Of a stretch of DNA of 64,000 bases, positions 20,002 through 30,490 are shown in pieces; the stretch's first letter is position 1, and every line of letters starts with the position of its first letter. Both the position numbers and the translations under genes were made by a program. The notes below the pieces were generated by a model. It made no database searches. It had not been told where the DNA came from and saw only the letters and a program-made list of their open reading frames with translations. The stretch lies in the NCBI GenBank assembly GCA_963754875.1, contig CAVWHO010000015.1, forward strand, positions 128,001 through 192,000. The letters run 5' to 3'. Source of the stretch: Nitrospirota bacterium (GTDB lineage Bacteria > Nitrospirota > UBA9217).

Positions 20002-21209
20002 AGGAGGGTCCCGTGCAACAGTACATCGGCTTTAAACTGCACACCGGGGAGTTCGGAATCCCGATCACGAAGGTCCGTGAGATCATCAATCTGCCGGAGA
20101 TCACCAGGATACCGCAGTCGCCCCCCTACCTGAACGGCATTACCAATCTCCGCGGGAGCGTCATTCCCGTGGTGGACCTGAAAAAACTGATCAAAGTTCC
20201 GGCAACGGAAGCCGGCGGCACCAAGGTCATCGTTATCGCAAGCGGCAGGATAACGTTCGGCCTCCTGATAGACGGTATTACGGGTGTCATCAGCATCGAT
20301 GAAGGAATGATCGAATCTCCGGAGAACCTCCCCCAGGGACATGTGGACCAGGTCGAAGGCGTCGCAAAGCTCGACGGCAGGCTCATCGTCCTTCTGGACA
20401 TAAAAAAATTGATCCCCCTCGATGACATGAGTCTCCTCGAAGACATGGCAACGGAGGTAAGCGCCGAGGACGAGAACGGCAGTGTCCAGGTGACCCATGC
20501 AATACAGACCATGGCGGGCGAGGTCCGCGTTACGGAGCTTCGAAACGCAAAAACATTTTTTGAGAAGACGAAAGGCATCAGTCCCGACGATCCCCGCAAG
20601 GAAATCCTTGAGGATATCGTGAGCTTCATGACCGCGGTCTCGGAGCATGATTATGAGAAGGCCGACACGGCAATCCAGCAGATCGTACAGCTGGGCCAGG
20701 GAGACCTGTTCAAGGAGGTCGGCAAAATAACGCGAAAACTGCATGACGCAATTAAGGGCTTTAAAGAAGCTGTGGACCCGCGTTTAAAGGGCCTGACCCA
20801 GGCGGAGATCCCGAATGCCGTGGACAAGCTCCAGTTCGTGATCGACAAAACCGAGGAAGCCGCCAACAGGACCATGAGCGTCGTAGAGAAATATATACTG
20901 TCCATGGACGATCTCGCCACCCACCTCCGGAAAGTCCAGGGGCCTCCGGAAACGGTAGCTTTTTTGAAGGAGTTCAAGAACGGCCTTGAAGACGATCTGA
21001 CGGAAATCCTGACGACCCAGTCCTTCCAGGACCTGACCGGCCAGACGATCAAGAAGGTCATCACGCTCGTTCATGATATTGAAAACGAACTCGTTCGTCT
21101 TGTCTCGTCCTTCGGCGTTAAAATCGAGGGGGCAAAAGAACCGGTAGCTGCTGTAGAAAAGGTTTCGCAAAAGGACGTTGATGAGCTGTTGAAGGATCTC
21201 GGCTTTTAG
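19998..21209 (+). CDS. CheW-CheZ fusion protein
   Basis: N-terminal CheW (GITNLRGSVIPVVDL). C-terminal CheZ (TEEAANRTM, QSFQDLTGQTIKKV, terminal SQKDVDELLKDLGF). Confidence 0.92.
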   Translation: MKEGPVQQYIGFKLHTGEFGIPITKVREIINLPEITRIPQSPPYLNGITNLRGSVIPVVDLKKLIKVPATEAGGTKVIVIASGRITFGLLIDGITGVISIDEGMIESPENLPQGHVDQVEGVAKLDGRLIVLLDIKKLIPLDDMSLLEDMATEVSAEDENGSVQVTHAIQTMAGEVRVTELRNAKTFFEKTKGISPDDPRKEILEDIVSFMTAVSEHDYEKADTAIQQIVQLGQGDLFKEVGKITRKLHDAIKGFKEAVDPRLKGLTQAEIPNAVDKLQFVIDKTEEAANRTMSVVEKYILSMDDLATHLRKVQGPPETVAFLKEFKNGLEDDLTEILTTQSFQDLTGQTIKKVITLVHDIENELVRLVSSFGVKIEGAKEPVAAVEKVSQKDVDELLKDLGF

Positions 21210-21273
21210 GGAATGCACAGGGGGCGCGACGCAGTCGATGACCCGCCCATCACTTTTTTATCGGGAGGAGAGT

Positions 21274-21681
21274 ATGGCACTCATAGACTGGAATGACAAT
21301 CTCAGCGTCAATATCAAGGAAGTCGACTCGGAACACAAAAAACTCATCGGCATGATCAATGAACTGCACTCAGCTATGGGCGCGGGAAAAGGCAAAGACG
21401 CTTTAGGCAAAGTCCTCGCAGGGCTGGTGGAATATACGAAAACCCATTTTTCCTATGAAGAGAACCTTATGCAGAAGCACAACTACCCCGGCTACGTGAG
21501 CCACAGGGGCTTGCACGATGCTCTCGTCAAGAAGGTCCTCGGTTTCCAAAGTAATTTTCAAGAGGGTAAAAGTCTTGTCACCGTAGAAGTCATGAACTTT
21601 TTGAAGGACTGGCTCACGAACCATATCCAGAACACCGACAGGAAGTACGGACCGTTCTTAAACGGCAAAGGGGTTGTATAG
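21274..21681 (+). CDS. Bacteriohemerythrin
   Basis: W...LSV...D.EH, HFSYEE, HRGLH, WLTNHIQNTD di-iron ligands; RBS GGAGGAG. Confidence 0.93.
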   Translation: MALIDWNDNLSVNIKEVDSEHKKLIGMINELHSAMGAGKGKDALGKVLAGLVEYTKTHFSYEENLMQKHNYPGYVSHRGLHDALVKKVLGFQSNFQEGKSLVTVEVMNFLKDWLTNHIQNTDRKYGPFLNGKGVV

Positions 21682-21770
21682 AAAAGGGAAGTTTTTTGCC
21701 CGGCTCAGGAAAAGGGCCGGCCGCGGCGTTGCCCTGATACGCTCACCGCAGAGAAAGTACGGAAACCACC

Positions 21771-22829
21771 ATGACCGTAACAGTGCTCATCGTAGACGAT
21801 TCGGCGTTCATGCGGAACGCGCTTACCACCATGCTCGGGTCTGATCCCGAGATCAAGGTGGTCGGCACGGCGCGGGACGGCGTGGAGGCGGTCGAGAAGA
21901 CGGCGCTGCTCAGGCCGGACATCGTCACCATGGACGTGGAAATGCCGCGCATGGACGGCATCGAGGCGCTCCGGCTCATCATGGACAAGACGCCGGTGCC
22001 CGTGATCATGGTGAGTTCGCTCACCACCGAGGGGGCCCATGTCACCCTCGATGCGCTGGACCACGGGGCCGTGGATTTCATACCCAAAAACCTTTCCGAG
22101 CTTTCGATCAACATCGTGAAGATCAAGGCAATGCTGATTGACAAGGTAAAGCAGATAGCAAAGAGCGGCGTGGCAAGAAGGACGAGGCGAAGCGCGGCGA
22201 CAGCCGCGCGTCCTGTCGACAAGCCCAGGATGTCGTCGATACTTGCTACCGGCGCGAGGCGGGTCAGCATAGTGGCCATCGGCACGTCCACGGGCGGACC
22301 GCGCGCGATCCAGGAGATCATCCCCCGCCTGCCCAAGGACTTTCCGGTTCCCATCGTGATCGCGCAGCACATGCCGCCGAACTTCACCAAACCCTTCGCC
22401 GAGCGCTTGAACCAGCTCTCCCAGATCGCGGTGAAGGAAGCCGAAGAAGGCGAGACGCTCAAGCCTGGCGTCGCGCTTGTGGCGCCGGGTCGGGGCCATA
22501 TGCGCACGTCGCGTCTCCGCGGAATCGAGACGGTGGTGAACATTTCGGAAAACCGCGAGGAATTCATTTACCGGCCTTCCGTCGATTATCTCATGCAGTC
22601 CGTTGCCGAGTGCTTCCCCGGCAGGGCGCTCGGGGTGATCCTGACCGGCATGGGCAGCGACGGCGTCAAAGGTCTTACGGCGCTCAAACAGACCGGCGGC
22701 AGGATCTTTGCTCAGAACGAAGAAACCTGCGTAGTCTACGGCATGCCGCGTGCCGTGGTGGATGCAGGCATTGCGGACAAGGTGCTGGGTATAGAAGAGA
22801 TGGCGGGAGAGATCATCAACGCGGTTTGA
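21771..22829 (+). CDS. cheB: Chemotaxis methylesterase CheB
   Basis: REC plus GTSTGGP, QHMP, RPSVD, LTGMGSDG. Confidence 0.97.
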   Translation: MTVTVLIVDDSAFMRNALTTMLGSDPEIKVVGTARDGVEAVEKTALLRPDIVTMDVEMPRMDGIEALRLIMDKTPVPVIMVSSLTTEGAHVTLDALDHGAVDFIPKNLSELSINIVKIKAMLIDKVKQIAKSGVARRTRRSAATAARPVDKPRMSSILATGARRVSIVAIGTSTGGPRAIQEIIPRLPKDFPVPIVIAQHMPPNFTKPFAERLNQLSQIAVKEAEEGETLKPGVALVAPGRGHMRTSRLRGIETVVNISENREEFIYRPSVDYLMQSVAECFPGRALGVILTGMGSDGVKGLTALKQTGGRIFAQNEETCVVYGMPRAVVDAGIADKVLGIEEMAGEIINAV

Positions 22830-22902
22830 CCAAGCCTGGCAACGGGGTGCGGGAAAACGAGCCGGATTTTGAAACAGCAATTCATCAGGGGGTATGTGTG
22901 CA

Positions 22903-24498
22903 ATGAAGATAACCTTGTCAAAGAAGCTCTATGGTGCAGTGGGCGTCGTGCTCGTCGCGATGATAGTGATATCAGCCATGTCCTATTTCACCAACCGCAG
23001 CCTGATCAAGGGCTACCAGCAGCTGTCTAATGAGGACGGCGTCCAGATGCAGGTGAGCGTCCATGCCGAGAACGAGCTCGGCCTGTCGGTCCAGGCATTT
23101 AAGGACTACCTGCTCCGGGGAGACGATAAGTATGCAAATGACTTCCGCGAAAACATCGGCAAAATCCGTGATGATATGGCCGTTTTCGAGAAGCTCGTCG
23201 AGTCCGAGGAAGAGCGGACAGTGCTCGGCAATGCGAAAGAAGCTTTCGCAAAGTATGAGAACTCGATCGACAACCTGATAGCGGGAAGGAAAACGAACCA
23301 CGATGCGGCCTATCTCGACAAGAGCGTGCGCGGAGCTGATAAGCCGCTCCGGCTCGCGTTGGAAGAGATGAGCAATGTGGCGGAGCAGGCCTATTCGGAA
23401 AAGAAAGTTATGCTCCAAAAGCATGCCGTACGTAGGGAACTGATAGAAATCGCCATCGCCCTCATCGCAGTCCTCGTGGGCATCGTTCTCAGCACCCTGA
23501 TCATCAAAGGCATCCTGAAGTCCATCCTCCAGGTCACAGCGGCTGCCGAACATGCGGCCAAAGGGGACCTGTCCCACGAGATCACCGTGCACACCACCGA
23601 CGAAATCGGGGAAATGGCCCAGAGCTTCAACCTGATGATCACGAACATCCGGCGCATCATCGGCGAGATCAACGCCGCAACCAGCTCCCTGGCCTCCAGC
23701 TCCGAAGAGCTGTCGGCCACCTCCGACGACATGAGCAAAGGCGTCAACCAGCTTTCGTCCCAGACCGAGCAGGTGGTAACGGCCATGACCGAGGTGTCCC
23801 AGACCATCATGGACATGGCAAAAAACGCCAGCAATGCAGCCGCGGGCAGCAAGAACGCGTCGGAAACGGCAACGAAAGGAAAACGGACCGTCGATACAAC
23901 AGCCGAGGACATGGTCAAGATCGCCCAGACCGTCCAGGAGGCAGCCGGCACCATCGAGGAACTGGGCAAAAGCTCGGCCCAAATCGGCGAGATCGTGGCT
24001 GTGATCAACGGCATAGCGGACCAGACCAACCTGCTGGCGCTGAACGCGGCAATCGAGGCTGCCCGGGCGGGTGAACAGGGCCGGGGGTTCGCCGTTGTTG
24101 CCGACGAGGTGCGTAAGCTGGCCGAGCGGACCGGTCAGGCCACGAAGGACATCGCCCAGCGGATCGAAGCGATCCAGGCGGCAGCGGGAGAATCGGTAGA
24201 TGCCATGAAACGGGGCAGCGACGAAGTGGACAAGGGTGTGGGCCTTGCCAAGGAAGCCAGCGCGGCCCTTGACTCTATCGTGTCCGCCTCGACGAACGCC
24301 ATGGACATGGTCCAGCGCATTGCTGCGGCCACGGAGCAGCAGTCCGCTGCGACCGAAGAAGTGACCCAGAATATGGAGAGCATTTCGGGCATCAGCAGGC
24401 AGTCCTCGGCTTCAACGGAGCAGATAAAGGTATCGGCTGCAGAGCTGGCGAAGCTGGCTACCAGCCTGAAGGAGATGACAACGTTTTTTAAGACGTAA
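22903..24498 (+). CDS. Methyl-accepting chemotaxis protein (2 TM, helical periplasmic sensor, HAMP)
   Basis: [37 protein letters not shown]. Confidence 0.96.
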   Translation: MKITLSKKLYGAVGVVLVAMIVISAMSYFTNRSLIKGYQQLSNEDGVQMQVSVHAENELGLSVQAFKDYLLRGDDKYANDFRENIGKIRDDMAVFEKLVESEEERTVLGNAKEAFAKYENSIDNLIAGRKTNHDAAYLDKSVRGADKPLRLALEEMSNVAEQAYSEKKVMLQKHAVRRELIEIAIALIAVLVGIVLSTLIIKGILKSILQVTAAAEHAAKGDLSHEITVHTTDEIGEMAQSFNLMITNIRRIIGEINAATSSLASSSEELSATSDDMSKGVNQLSSQTEQVVTAMTEVSQTIMDMAKNASNAAAGSKNASETATKGKRTVDTTAEDMVKIAQTVQEAAGTIEELGKSSAQIGEIVAVINGIADQTNLLALNAAIEAARAGEQGRGFAVVADEVRKLAERTGQATKDIAQRIEAIQAAAGESVDAMKRGSDEVDKGVGLAKEASAALDSIVSASTNAMDMVQRIAAATEQQSAATEEVTQNMESISGISRQSSASTEQIKVSAAELAKLATSLKEMTTFFKT

Positions 24499-24666
24499 AA
24501 GAACACATAGGAAAAACATGGATGATCGTCTTTTTTACAACGCCGTGAATCGGCGCTTTCATGGGCAGATGGACATTCTTTGATTCGTTGAGCTCTTATG
24601 CTTACAGATTTTTTTCATCAGATCGTGGCGGAACGTCACCTATTACACAAGAAGGAGGAAGTAGAG

Positions 24667-25119
24667 ATGAAGAAAGTGCTGGGAGTGGTACTGATGGTAA
24701 GTTTCTTTATGGTGAGCCTTGGTTTTGCCGGCGATAAAGGCACACCGGCCGAAGCGAAAGCGCTGGTAAAAAAGGCGATCAGCTACATCACGGCGAACGG
24801 CAAGGACAAGGCCTTTGATGCATTCACGAACAAGGATCCGCAGTTCATTGACAGGGACCTTTATATCTTCGTCTACGACATGAACGGCAAGGTCCTGGCC
24901 CACGGCCAGAACCCAAAGATGGTCGGAAAAGATCTGTATGATCTCACTGACCCCGACGGCAAACTGTTTGTCAAGGAAAGAATCGACATAGCAAAAACAA
25001 AGGGCAGCGGCTGGCAGAATTACAAGTTCTCCAACCCGAAAACAAAAAAGATCGAGGAGAAAACCTCGTACATCGAAAAGTATGATGCTTTCATCGTGGG
25101 ATGCGGGGCCTATAAATAG
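24667..25119 (+). CDS. Stand-alone periplasmic single-Cache domain protein
   Basis: Signal peptide, DLYIFVYD..G..LAH, D.DGK, GSGW..Y.F.NP....EEK.SY, VGCG.Y. Confidence 0.88.
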   Translation: MKKVLGVVLMVSFFMVSLGFAGDKGTPAEAKALVKKAISYITANGKDKAFDAFTNKDPQFIDRDLYIFVYDMNGKVLAHGQNPKMVGKDLYDLTDPDGKLFVKERIDIAKTKGSGWQNYKFSNPKTKKIEEKTSYIEKYDAFIVGCGAYK

Positions 25120-25195
25120 CCGTCAAGCGGCCGGCCGGGCATGCTCCCGGCTGGCCGCCGTCTGAATCCCGACGCGACACTCGCACCTCAGCTGT

Positions 25196-25401
25196 CATTC
25201 GCAAAAGGACCGCACTGCTGTCCTTTTGCGAATGGGACTCTGAACCGGACCGGGCAGCACGGATTTTCCAAACGAAGGAGCGTGGTTGGTGATACCGGCA
25301 GTGGACTTCAGGGAAAGGACGGCAGAGTTTAAGATAAACAGCGGCGGGCACGGCAGCGTGTCCGGGAAAATCCGCAGGACCTCGCTCGCTGTAGTTCAGA
25401 G
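25196..25401. other. Highly structured intergenic segment, candidate ncRNA or leader
   Basis: Perfect 15-bp hairpin 25196-25234; nested stems 25238-25245/25394-25401 and 25260-25269/25365-25374. Confidence 0.4.
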
Positions 25402-25436
25402 ATGACGATATCACCGAAATTGTTGAGGAGGACACT

Positions 25437-25646
25437 ATGAAACAATTGCTGAAAAAACTCAAAAAATTGCTGGCCGGAATGTGGTTCACCAAGAGCAGCG
25501 CGGGAGCAGGAAAGCGCACGATAACCAGGACCAAGACCTATGCACGCCGTTCTCAGCCGGGTGCTGCCAGGGGTGAAGCACCGGCAGCCAAGCCAAAACG
25601 AAAGGCATCTGCACCGGCGAGGCGCCGCAGGCAAGCGAAGGATTAA
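25437..25646 (+). CDS. Small, very basic hypothetical protein (69 aa)
   Basis: Strong RBS GAGGAGG, co-directional with the operon, K/R/A-rich. Confidence 0.6.
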   Translation: MKQLLKKLKKLLAGMWFTKSSAGAGKRTITRTKTYARRSQPGAARGEAPAAKPKRKASAPARRRRQAKD

Positions 25647-25699
25647 ACGACCGCGCTCCGGCACGAAGCCGCAGCTTTTTTTCTGGTAAAAAGGAGGTC

Positions 25700-26185
25700 A
25701 TGATCATGCAGACAACCGCGCATACGGAGATGCTCCAGCTTGTCACGTTCAAGCTGGACGGGCAGAAATACGCCGTCGATATCTTGAAAGTACAGGAAAT
25801 CAACAATATGAAGGAAATTACTTCCATACCCAATGCGCCGGCGTACCTGGAGGGAGCCATCAACCTCCGGGGCAAGGTGATCCCGGTCCTCAATCTCCGG
25901 AAGAAATTCGGATTTGAGGAAAACGCCAGCAGCGAGCTTCGCAAGATCGTCATCATGGATGTCCGGGGGGTCATCATGGGCCTGGTCGTTGATGCGGTAT
26001 CGGATGTCTTGAGGATAACCCGTGACGTGGTCGAGCCGCCGCCCCCGGTTTCTTCGAACGTCAGCTCCGAATTCATCGCCGGCATCGCCAAGCTTCCCGA
26101 AGGACTCGTCATCTTGCTGGATATGGACCGGCTCCTCGACGCCGAGGAACACAAGACCGTATTTGGTGAAGCACCCGTCTCGTAA
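25700..26185 (+). CDS. cheW: Chemotaxis coupling protein CheW
   Basis: [34 protein letters not shown]. Confidence 0.95.
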   Translation: MIMQTTAHTEMLQLVTFKLDGQKYAVDILKVQEINNMKEITSIPNAPAYLEGAINLRGKVIPVLNLRKKFGFEENASSELRKIVIMDVRGVIMGLVVDAVSDVLRITRDVVEPPPPVSSNVSSEFIAGIAKLPEGLVILLDMDRLLDAEEHKTVFGEAPVS

Positions 26186-26220
26186 GGATGGCAATGTTTC
26201 GCTCAATGGTGGGGGAACTT

Positions 26221-27894
26221 ATGATAAAAAATATGATCTATAATATGAACCTGAAGAAAAAATTGTACATCATTTTCGGCGTCATTATTGTGGCGACCGC
26301 CTTGGGTATTACTATCGGCGTGTCAGCCTTTTCCCGCGTCCAGGTGGGCGGGAAAACCTATAGCGCCATCGAGCGGAACATGCTGATTGCCGATAATATA
26401 GCCAAGCTGCGTGCGAATCTAGCATTCGTACGGACCACTCTCCTGACCATGATTATCGATGATGATGCGGGAAGGCGGGAGTCCTCTCGCCAGGACATAA
26501 ATGGCCTGTCCGTTCGGATCGATGAACTGTTCGACCTTATCGATGGGCAGCTGAAAGCGTCCGATCATCCTGAAGTGGTGGAAAATATAACGGCAGCTCG
26601 TGATGCCTGGACCGCATTCAGGGAAACACGGGACAAGGAGTTAATTCCCGCCATCCTTGGAGGAAAGACCAGCGCGGCGATGGCGCTCGCCCGCGGCGTT
26701 CAGTCGGACCGCTATCTCGTGATGTCGGAAGAGACCAAAAAAGCGGTCGATCGCGTGCGCGCAGAGGTCCCCGAAACGGTGGCCCGAATGAAGGGCGAGT
26801 CGCGTTTGATTCAGGTTTCATTTATTGTCGGGGGCGTGCTCATTGTCCTGTTCTACATCATCGTAGCCTTCTTCTTTTCGAAAACCATCATAATCCCTGT
26901 CGGCCTGGTTTCTGACCGGTCGGCGCAGATGGCGCAGGGCGATTTTTCCCATGCTGCCCTGCATGCACGGGGTAAGGACGAGATCGGCGCCATGATCACG
27001 AACTTTTCGACCATGACATCAAAAGTCGGCGACGCCGCATCGCGACTGAAGATGAGCATCATGAATCTTTCTTCCTCGTCCGAAGAGCTGTCCGCGACGG
27101 CGGAGGACCTTGGCAAGGGCACTGCGCAACAGACGCACCAGGCAAAGGAAGTGGCCGCCGCGACGACCCAGATGTCCCAGACGATTTCCGAAGTGGCCCA
27201 GAACGCCGTCTTGGCGGCAGACGCTGCCAAGAACTCTTCGGAGAACGCTACGACAGGCAAGGAACTCGTAAAAAAGACCGTCGAACGGCTGGCTTCAATC
27301 ACTGAAACGGTCGGGGAAGCCTCGCAGACGATTGAAGAACTTGGCAGAAGTTCGGGACAAATCGGCGAGATCGTGAACCTTATCCATACCATCGCCGACC
27401 AGACAAACCTCCTCGCACTGAACGCGGCAATTGAGGCCGCCCGTGCAGGAGAACAAGGCCGCGGTTTTGCGGTGGTCGCCGATGAAGTGAGAAAGCTGGC
27501 GGACAGAACCACGAGCGCAACCAAGGACATAGAGCAGAAGATCACCACCATCCAGGCGGAAGCGGAAAAATCACTCGTAGCGGTGAAAAAAGGAAACGCC
27601 GAGGTCGAGAAGGGAGTAGGCCTGGCAAAGTCCGCCAGTGAAGCCCTCGACACGATCGTCAAAGCGTCAACCCAGGTCCTGGACATGATCCAGCGCATCG
27701 CGGTGGCCACCGAGGAGCAGTCCGCGACCGCGGAGGAGATCAAAAAAAACATGGGGACCATCTCCGAGGTGACAGACCAATCTTCGGAGTCGACGAACCA
27801 GATCCAGCAGGCCGCCCATACTCTTGCCCAGCTGGCGTTGGAAATCCAGAACAGCACAGCCTGGTTTAAAACGGAAGGCGCTGATCCGAAGTAG
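26221..27894 (+). CDS. Methyl-accepting chemotaxis protein (4HB-like sensor)
   Basis: 2 TM, HAMP, MCP signalling hairpin. Confidence 0.95.
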   Translation: MIKNMIYNMNLKKKLYIIFGVIIVATALGITIGVSAFSRVQVGGKTYSAIERNMLIADNIAKLRANLAFVRTTLLTMIIDDDAGRRESSRQDINGLSVRIDELFDLIDGQLKASDHPEVVENITAARDAWTAFRETRDKELIPAILGGKTSAAMALARGVQSDRYLVMSEETKKAVDRVRAEVPETVARMKGESRLIQVSFIVGGVLIVLFYIIVAFFFSKTIIIPVGLVSDRSAQMAQGDFSHAALHARGKDEIGAMITNFSTMTSKVGDAASRLKMSIMNLSSSSEELSATAEDLGKGTAQQTHQAKEVAAATTQMSQTISEVAQNAVLAADAAKNSSENATTGKELVKKTVERLASITETVGEASQTIEELGRSSGQIGEIVNLIHTIADQTNLLALNAAIEAARAGEQGRGFAVVADEVRKLADRTTSATKDIEQKITTIQAEAEKSLVAVKKGNAEVEKGVGLAKSASEALDTIVKASTQVLDMIQRIAVATEEQSATAEEIKKNMGTISEVTDQSSESTNQIQQAAHTLAQLALEIQNSTAWFKTEGADPK

Positions 27895-27931
27895 ACAGTC
27901 ATAAGGCGCCGCTGGCCTGAGGAGAAAAGAC

Positions 27932-29488
27932 ATGCATATTAACAGGCTGCTCAAACTGATCGTAATGGTCCTCGCGATAATCGCGATTCTGGGCGCTTTT
28001 TCCGTCTTTCTTCAGCTCAGCGCCATGTCTGCCGACGGGAGAGTGGTAAATTACGCCGGGATCGTCAGGGGTGCGACCCAAAGGCTCGTCAAACTGGAAC
28101 TGGAGGGGCAACGTTCGGATGCCCTGATCAGCAAACTGGATATTATCATGCAGGGACTCTTGACAGGAGACAAGGAGCTTCAGCTGCCTCCTGCAGCCGA
28201 TGAAGTCTTTGTTGCAAAAATGCAGGAAGTAAAACAGGAATGGGAAACCCTTAAGAAGGACATTGCCGCATTCAGGCAAAATCCGGCAACAACGCGTGAG
28301 CAGCTTCTAAAGGCAAGCGAGTCCTATTTTGAATTGACTAATGCGGCAGTATCGTCAGCGGAGGCCGCTTCCAAAGCGAAGACAACAAAACTGCAAACCC
28401 AGCAGATGTGTATTCTACTGTTAACCCTTATTATTCTTGCCGTTGTCTGGACCATCAGCAGCAAGAGAATATCCCGACCCCTCAGGGACCTTGCCGACAA
28501 GCTGGCCCCTCTTGCCGAAGGCGACCTGAGGGTCTCCATCGGGCAGACAAGCGACGATGAGATTGGACGACTATCAAAGGATATGGATAAAGTAATTGGG
28601 TCATTCAATACCATGATTCAAGCCATTCTGGAAATCGTAAGAGATGTCGTGGGCTCCATTGATATCATGCGGGTAAAAATGAAAAGCACCCGCGAGGCGA
28701 CCGCCCTCCAGTTCCAGCAGGTGGGTCTGATATCAGCCGCGGCTGACGGCATGATGGGTACGATCGTGAACGTCAGCGAAAACTCCTCGAGTGCAAACGA
28801 AAGTTCTTTGTCTGCCATGAAGACCGCTCAACAGGGCAAGGAGGTCTCCAATGGGGCCGTACAAACCATACAAAGCGTCCATGCGACCACCCTTGAACTT
28901 TCCGACGCGGTCAGCGGCCTTAATAATAAAGTCTCCGAGATCGGGGAGATTGCGACGGTGATCAAAGGAATCGCCGATCAGACGAACCTTCTGGCCCTCA
29001 ACGCGGCCATCGAAGCAGCCCGCGCAGGCGAACAGGGCCGCGGCTTCGCGGTCGTCGCCGATGAGGTGAGGAAGCTTGCCGAACGCACCATTCAAGCCAC
29101 CGGCGAGATAGATTCGAAAATAGCCGGCGTCCAGGAGAAAACCGAAACGACCACCCGGTCCATGAAAAAAGCCTCGGAAGAAGTGACGAACGCAACCCGA
29201 CAGATCAGCGACGTGGGCAATTCCCTGGCCTCAATAGTCGAGGCGATCAGCAGCTCCCATGCCAAGATAGCAAAGATTTCGGGAGCGGTAAGCGAACATA
29301 CCGTGGGGTCTCTCGACGTATCGGTCAATATTGAAAAGACCCTGAGCGTTTCCCATGACGTTCAGGACATGACCGAATCGATGGTGAAGGAGGTGGACAA
29401 TCTCATCCTCATCGCGGAACGGCTGCGGTCAAAAACCTCCGTCTTCACCATAAAAGGAAGCGCTCCGGGCATGCAACCGGGGCGATAA
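27932..29488 (+). CDS. Methyl-accepting chemotaxis protein with NarX/PilJ-like sensor
   Basis: [13 protein letters not shown] after TM1 resembles the NarX P-box; MCP hairpin. Confidence 0.93.
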   Translation: MHINRLLKLIVMVLAIIAILGAFSVFLQLSAMSADGRVVNYAGIVRGATQRLVKLELEGQRSDALISKLDIIMQGLLTGDKELQLPPAADEVFVAKMQEVKQEWETLKKDIAAFRQNPATTREQLLKASESYFELTNAAVSSAEAASKAKTTKLQTQQMCILLLTLIILAVVWTISSKRISRPLRDLADKLAPLAEGDLRVSIGQTSDDEIGRLSKDMDKVIGSFNTMIQAILEIVRDVVGSIDIMRVKMKSTREATALQFQQVGLISAAADGMMGTIVNVSENSSSANESSLSAMKTAQQGKEVSNGAVQTIQSVHATTLELSDAVSGLNNKVSEIGEIATVIKGIADQTNLLALNAAIEAARAGEQGRGFAVVADEVRKLAERTIQATGEIDSKIAGVQEKTETTTRSMKKASEEVTNATRQISDVGNSLASIVEAISSSHAKIAKISGAVSEHTVGSLDVSVNIEKTLSVSHDVQDMTESMVKEVDNLILIAERLRSKTSVFTIKGSAPGMQPGR

Positions 29489-29587
29489 GAACAAGGTCGG
29501 ACAAGTTTATAAGCAGTTGGAGGCAACCTCGAAGGAGGTGATTGGCCTCCTCGATATGATAAAACAGGAATACCGGTAGAAGCATCT

Positions 29588-30490
29588 ATGGAAAACCAGC
29601 GGATAGATACCCCTGAGAACATTAAAAAAGCGGAAGAAATCCTCGGACAGATCGGGCTTCCCCTCCAGCCGAGGGCCGTCATGGATATCCGCAGGGAGAT
29701 GGCAAAACCGGACCCTGACTTTCAAAAGATAGTGCATTCTGTGAGCACGGACGTCGCGCTTTCGGCCGCAACCCTGAAAATCACCAATTCCGCTTTTTTC
29801 GGCGGGATGAAGACCGATTCCATACCTCATGCCCTCCTCCGTCTGGGGCTGAGCAACTTCTATTCCATCGTGTTGACGACAGCGCTGTATAACGCAATGG
29901 GGTGCGGCACAAATCGCGCTCTCGACAAGTTCAGGAGACACTCTTCGTCCGTGGCACTTGTCTGCTCGCATATCACGCATAAGCTTCAGATTGACCTTGA
30001 AGAAGCAGCGTATACGCTCGGCCTTTTCCATGATTGCGGGGTACCTCTTCTTCTGAGGAAATTCCCGGACTATGCGAAAATGGCCGACTATGCGTTACCC
30101 TCTTCGCCTTTGGAGGCGATCCCCGACTACTTCGAATCGGTCGTCGGTCTCGAGACGGATCGCTACAACACGAATCACTGTATCATGGGCTATATCATGG
30201 CTAAGTCATGGGGACTGTCGGATACCGTGCTTTCGGTAATTTTGAACCACCACAACATCAGCATGCGCGCGCTGAAAGACCCCGTCCGAAGAAAGTTGCT
30301 GGGGATTCTGTTCCTCGCAGAGTTTATCTGCCAGTCCTGTGATCCGGACACCTATGCATTCCATCAAAATGCGTCGGAATGGCATGGTGTTCACCACAGG
30401 ACCCTTGCGGTGCTCCGGGTAAATCCCGTTGATATCAGGATACTGGAAGAGGAATCATGCGAGATCATAAAAAACAATGACTGGCTTTGA
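29588..30490 (+). CDS. HDOD-domain protein
   Basis: D.ALSA..LKITNSAFFG, GLFHDCG, H...GY.MAKSWGL, HH. Confidence 0.9.
   Translation: MENQRIDTPENIKKAEEILGQIGLPLQPRAVMDIRREMAKPDPDFQKIVHSVSTDVALSAATLKITNSAFFGGMKTDSIPHALLRLGLSNFYSIVLTTALYNAMGCGTNRALDKFRRHSSSVALVCSHITHKLQIDLEEAAYTLGLFHDCGVPLLLRKFPDYAKMADYALPSSPLEAIPDYFESVVGLETDRYNTNHCIMGYIMAKSWGLSDTVLSVILNHHNISMRALKDPVRRKLLGILFLAEFICQSCDPDTYAFHQNASEWHGVHHRTLAVLRVNPVDIRILEEESCEIIKNNDWL

Noticed and set aside
25120..25436. Known c-di-GMP riboswitch, 6S RNA or tRNA
   Set aside because: I could not find the GEMM GNRA/receptor pattern or a cloverleaf, and the 6S resemblance is only in size. Kept as an unclassified structured element.
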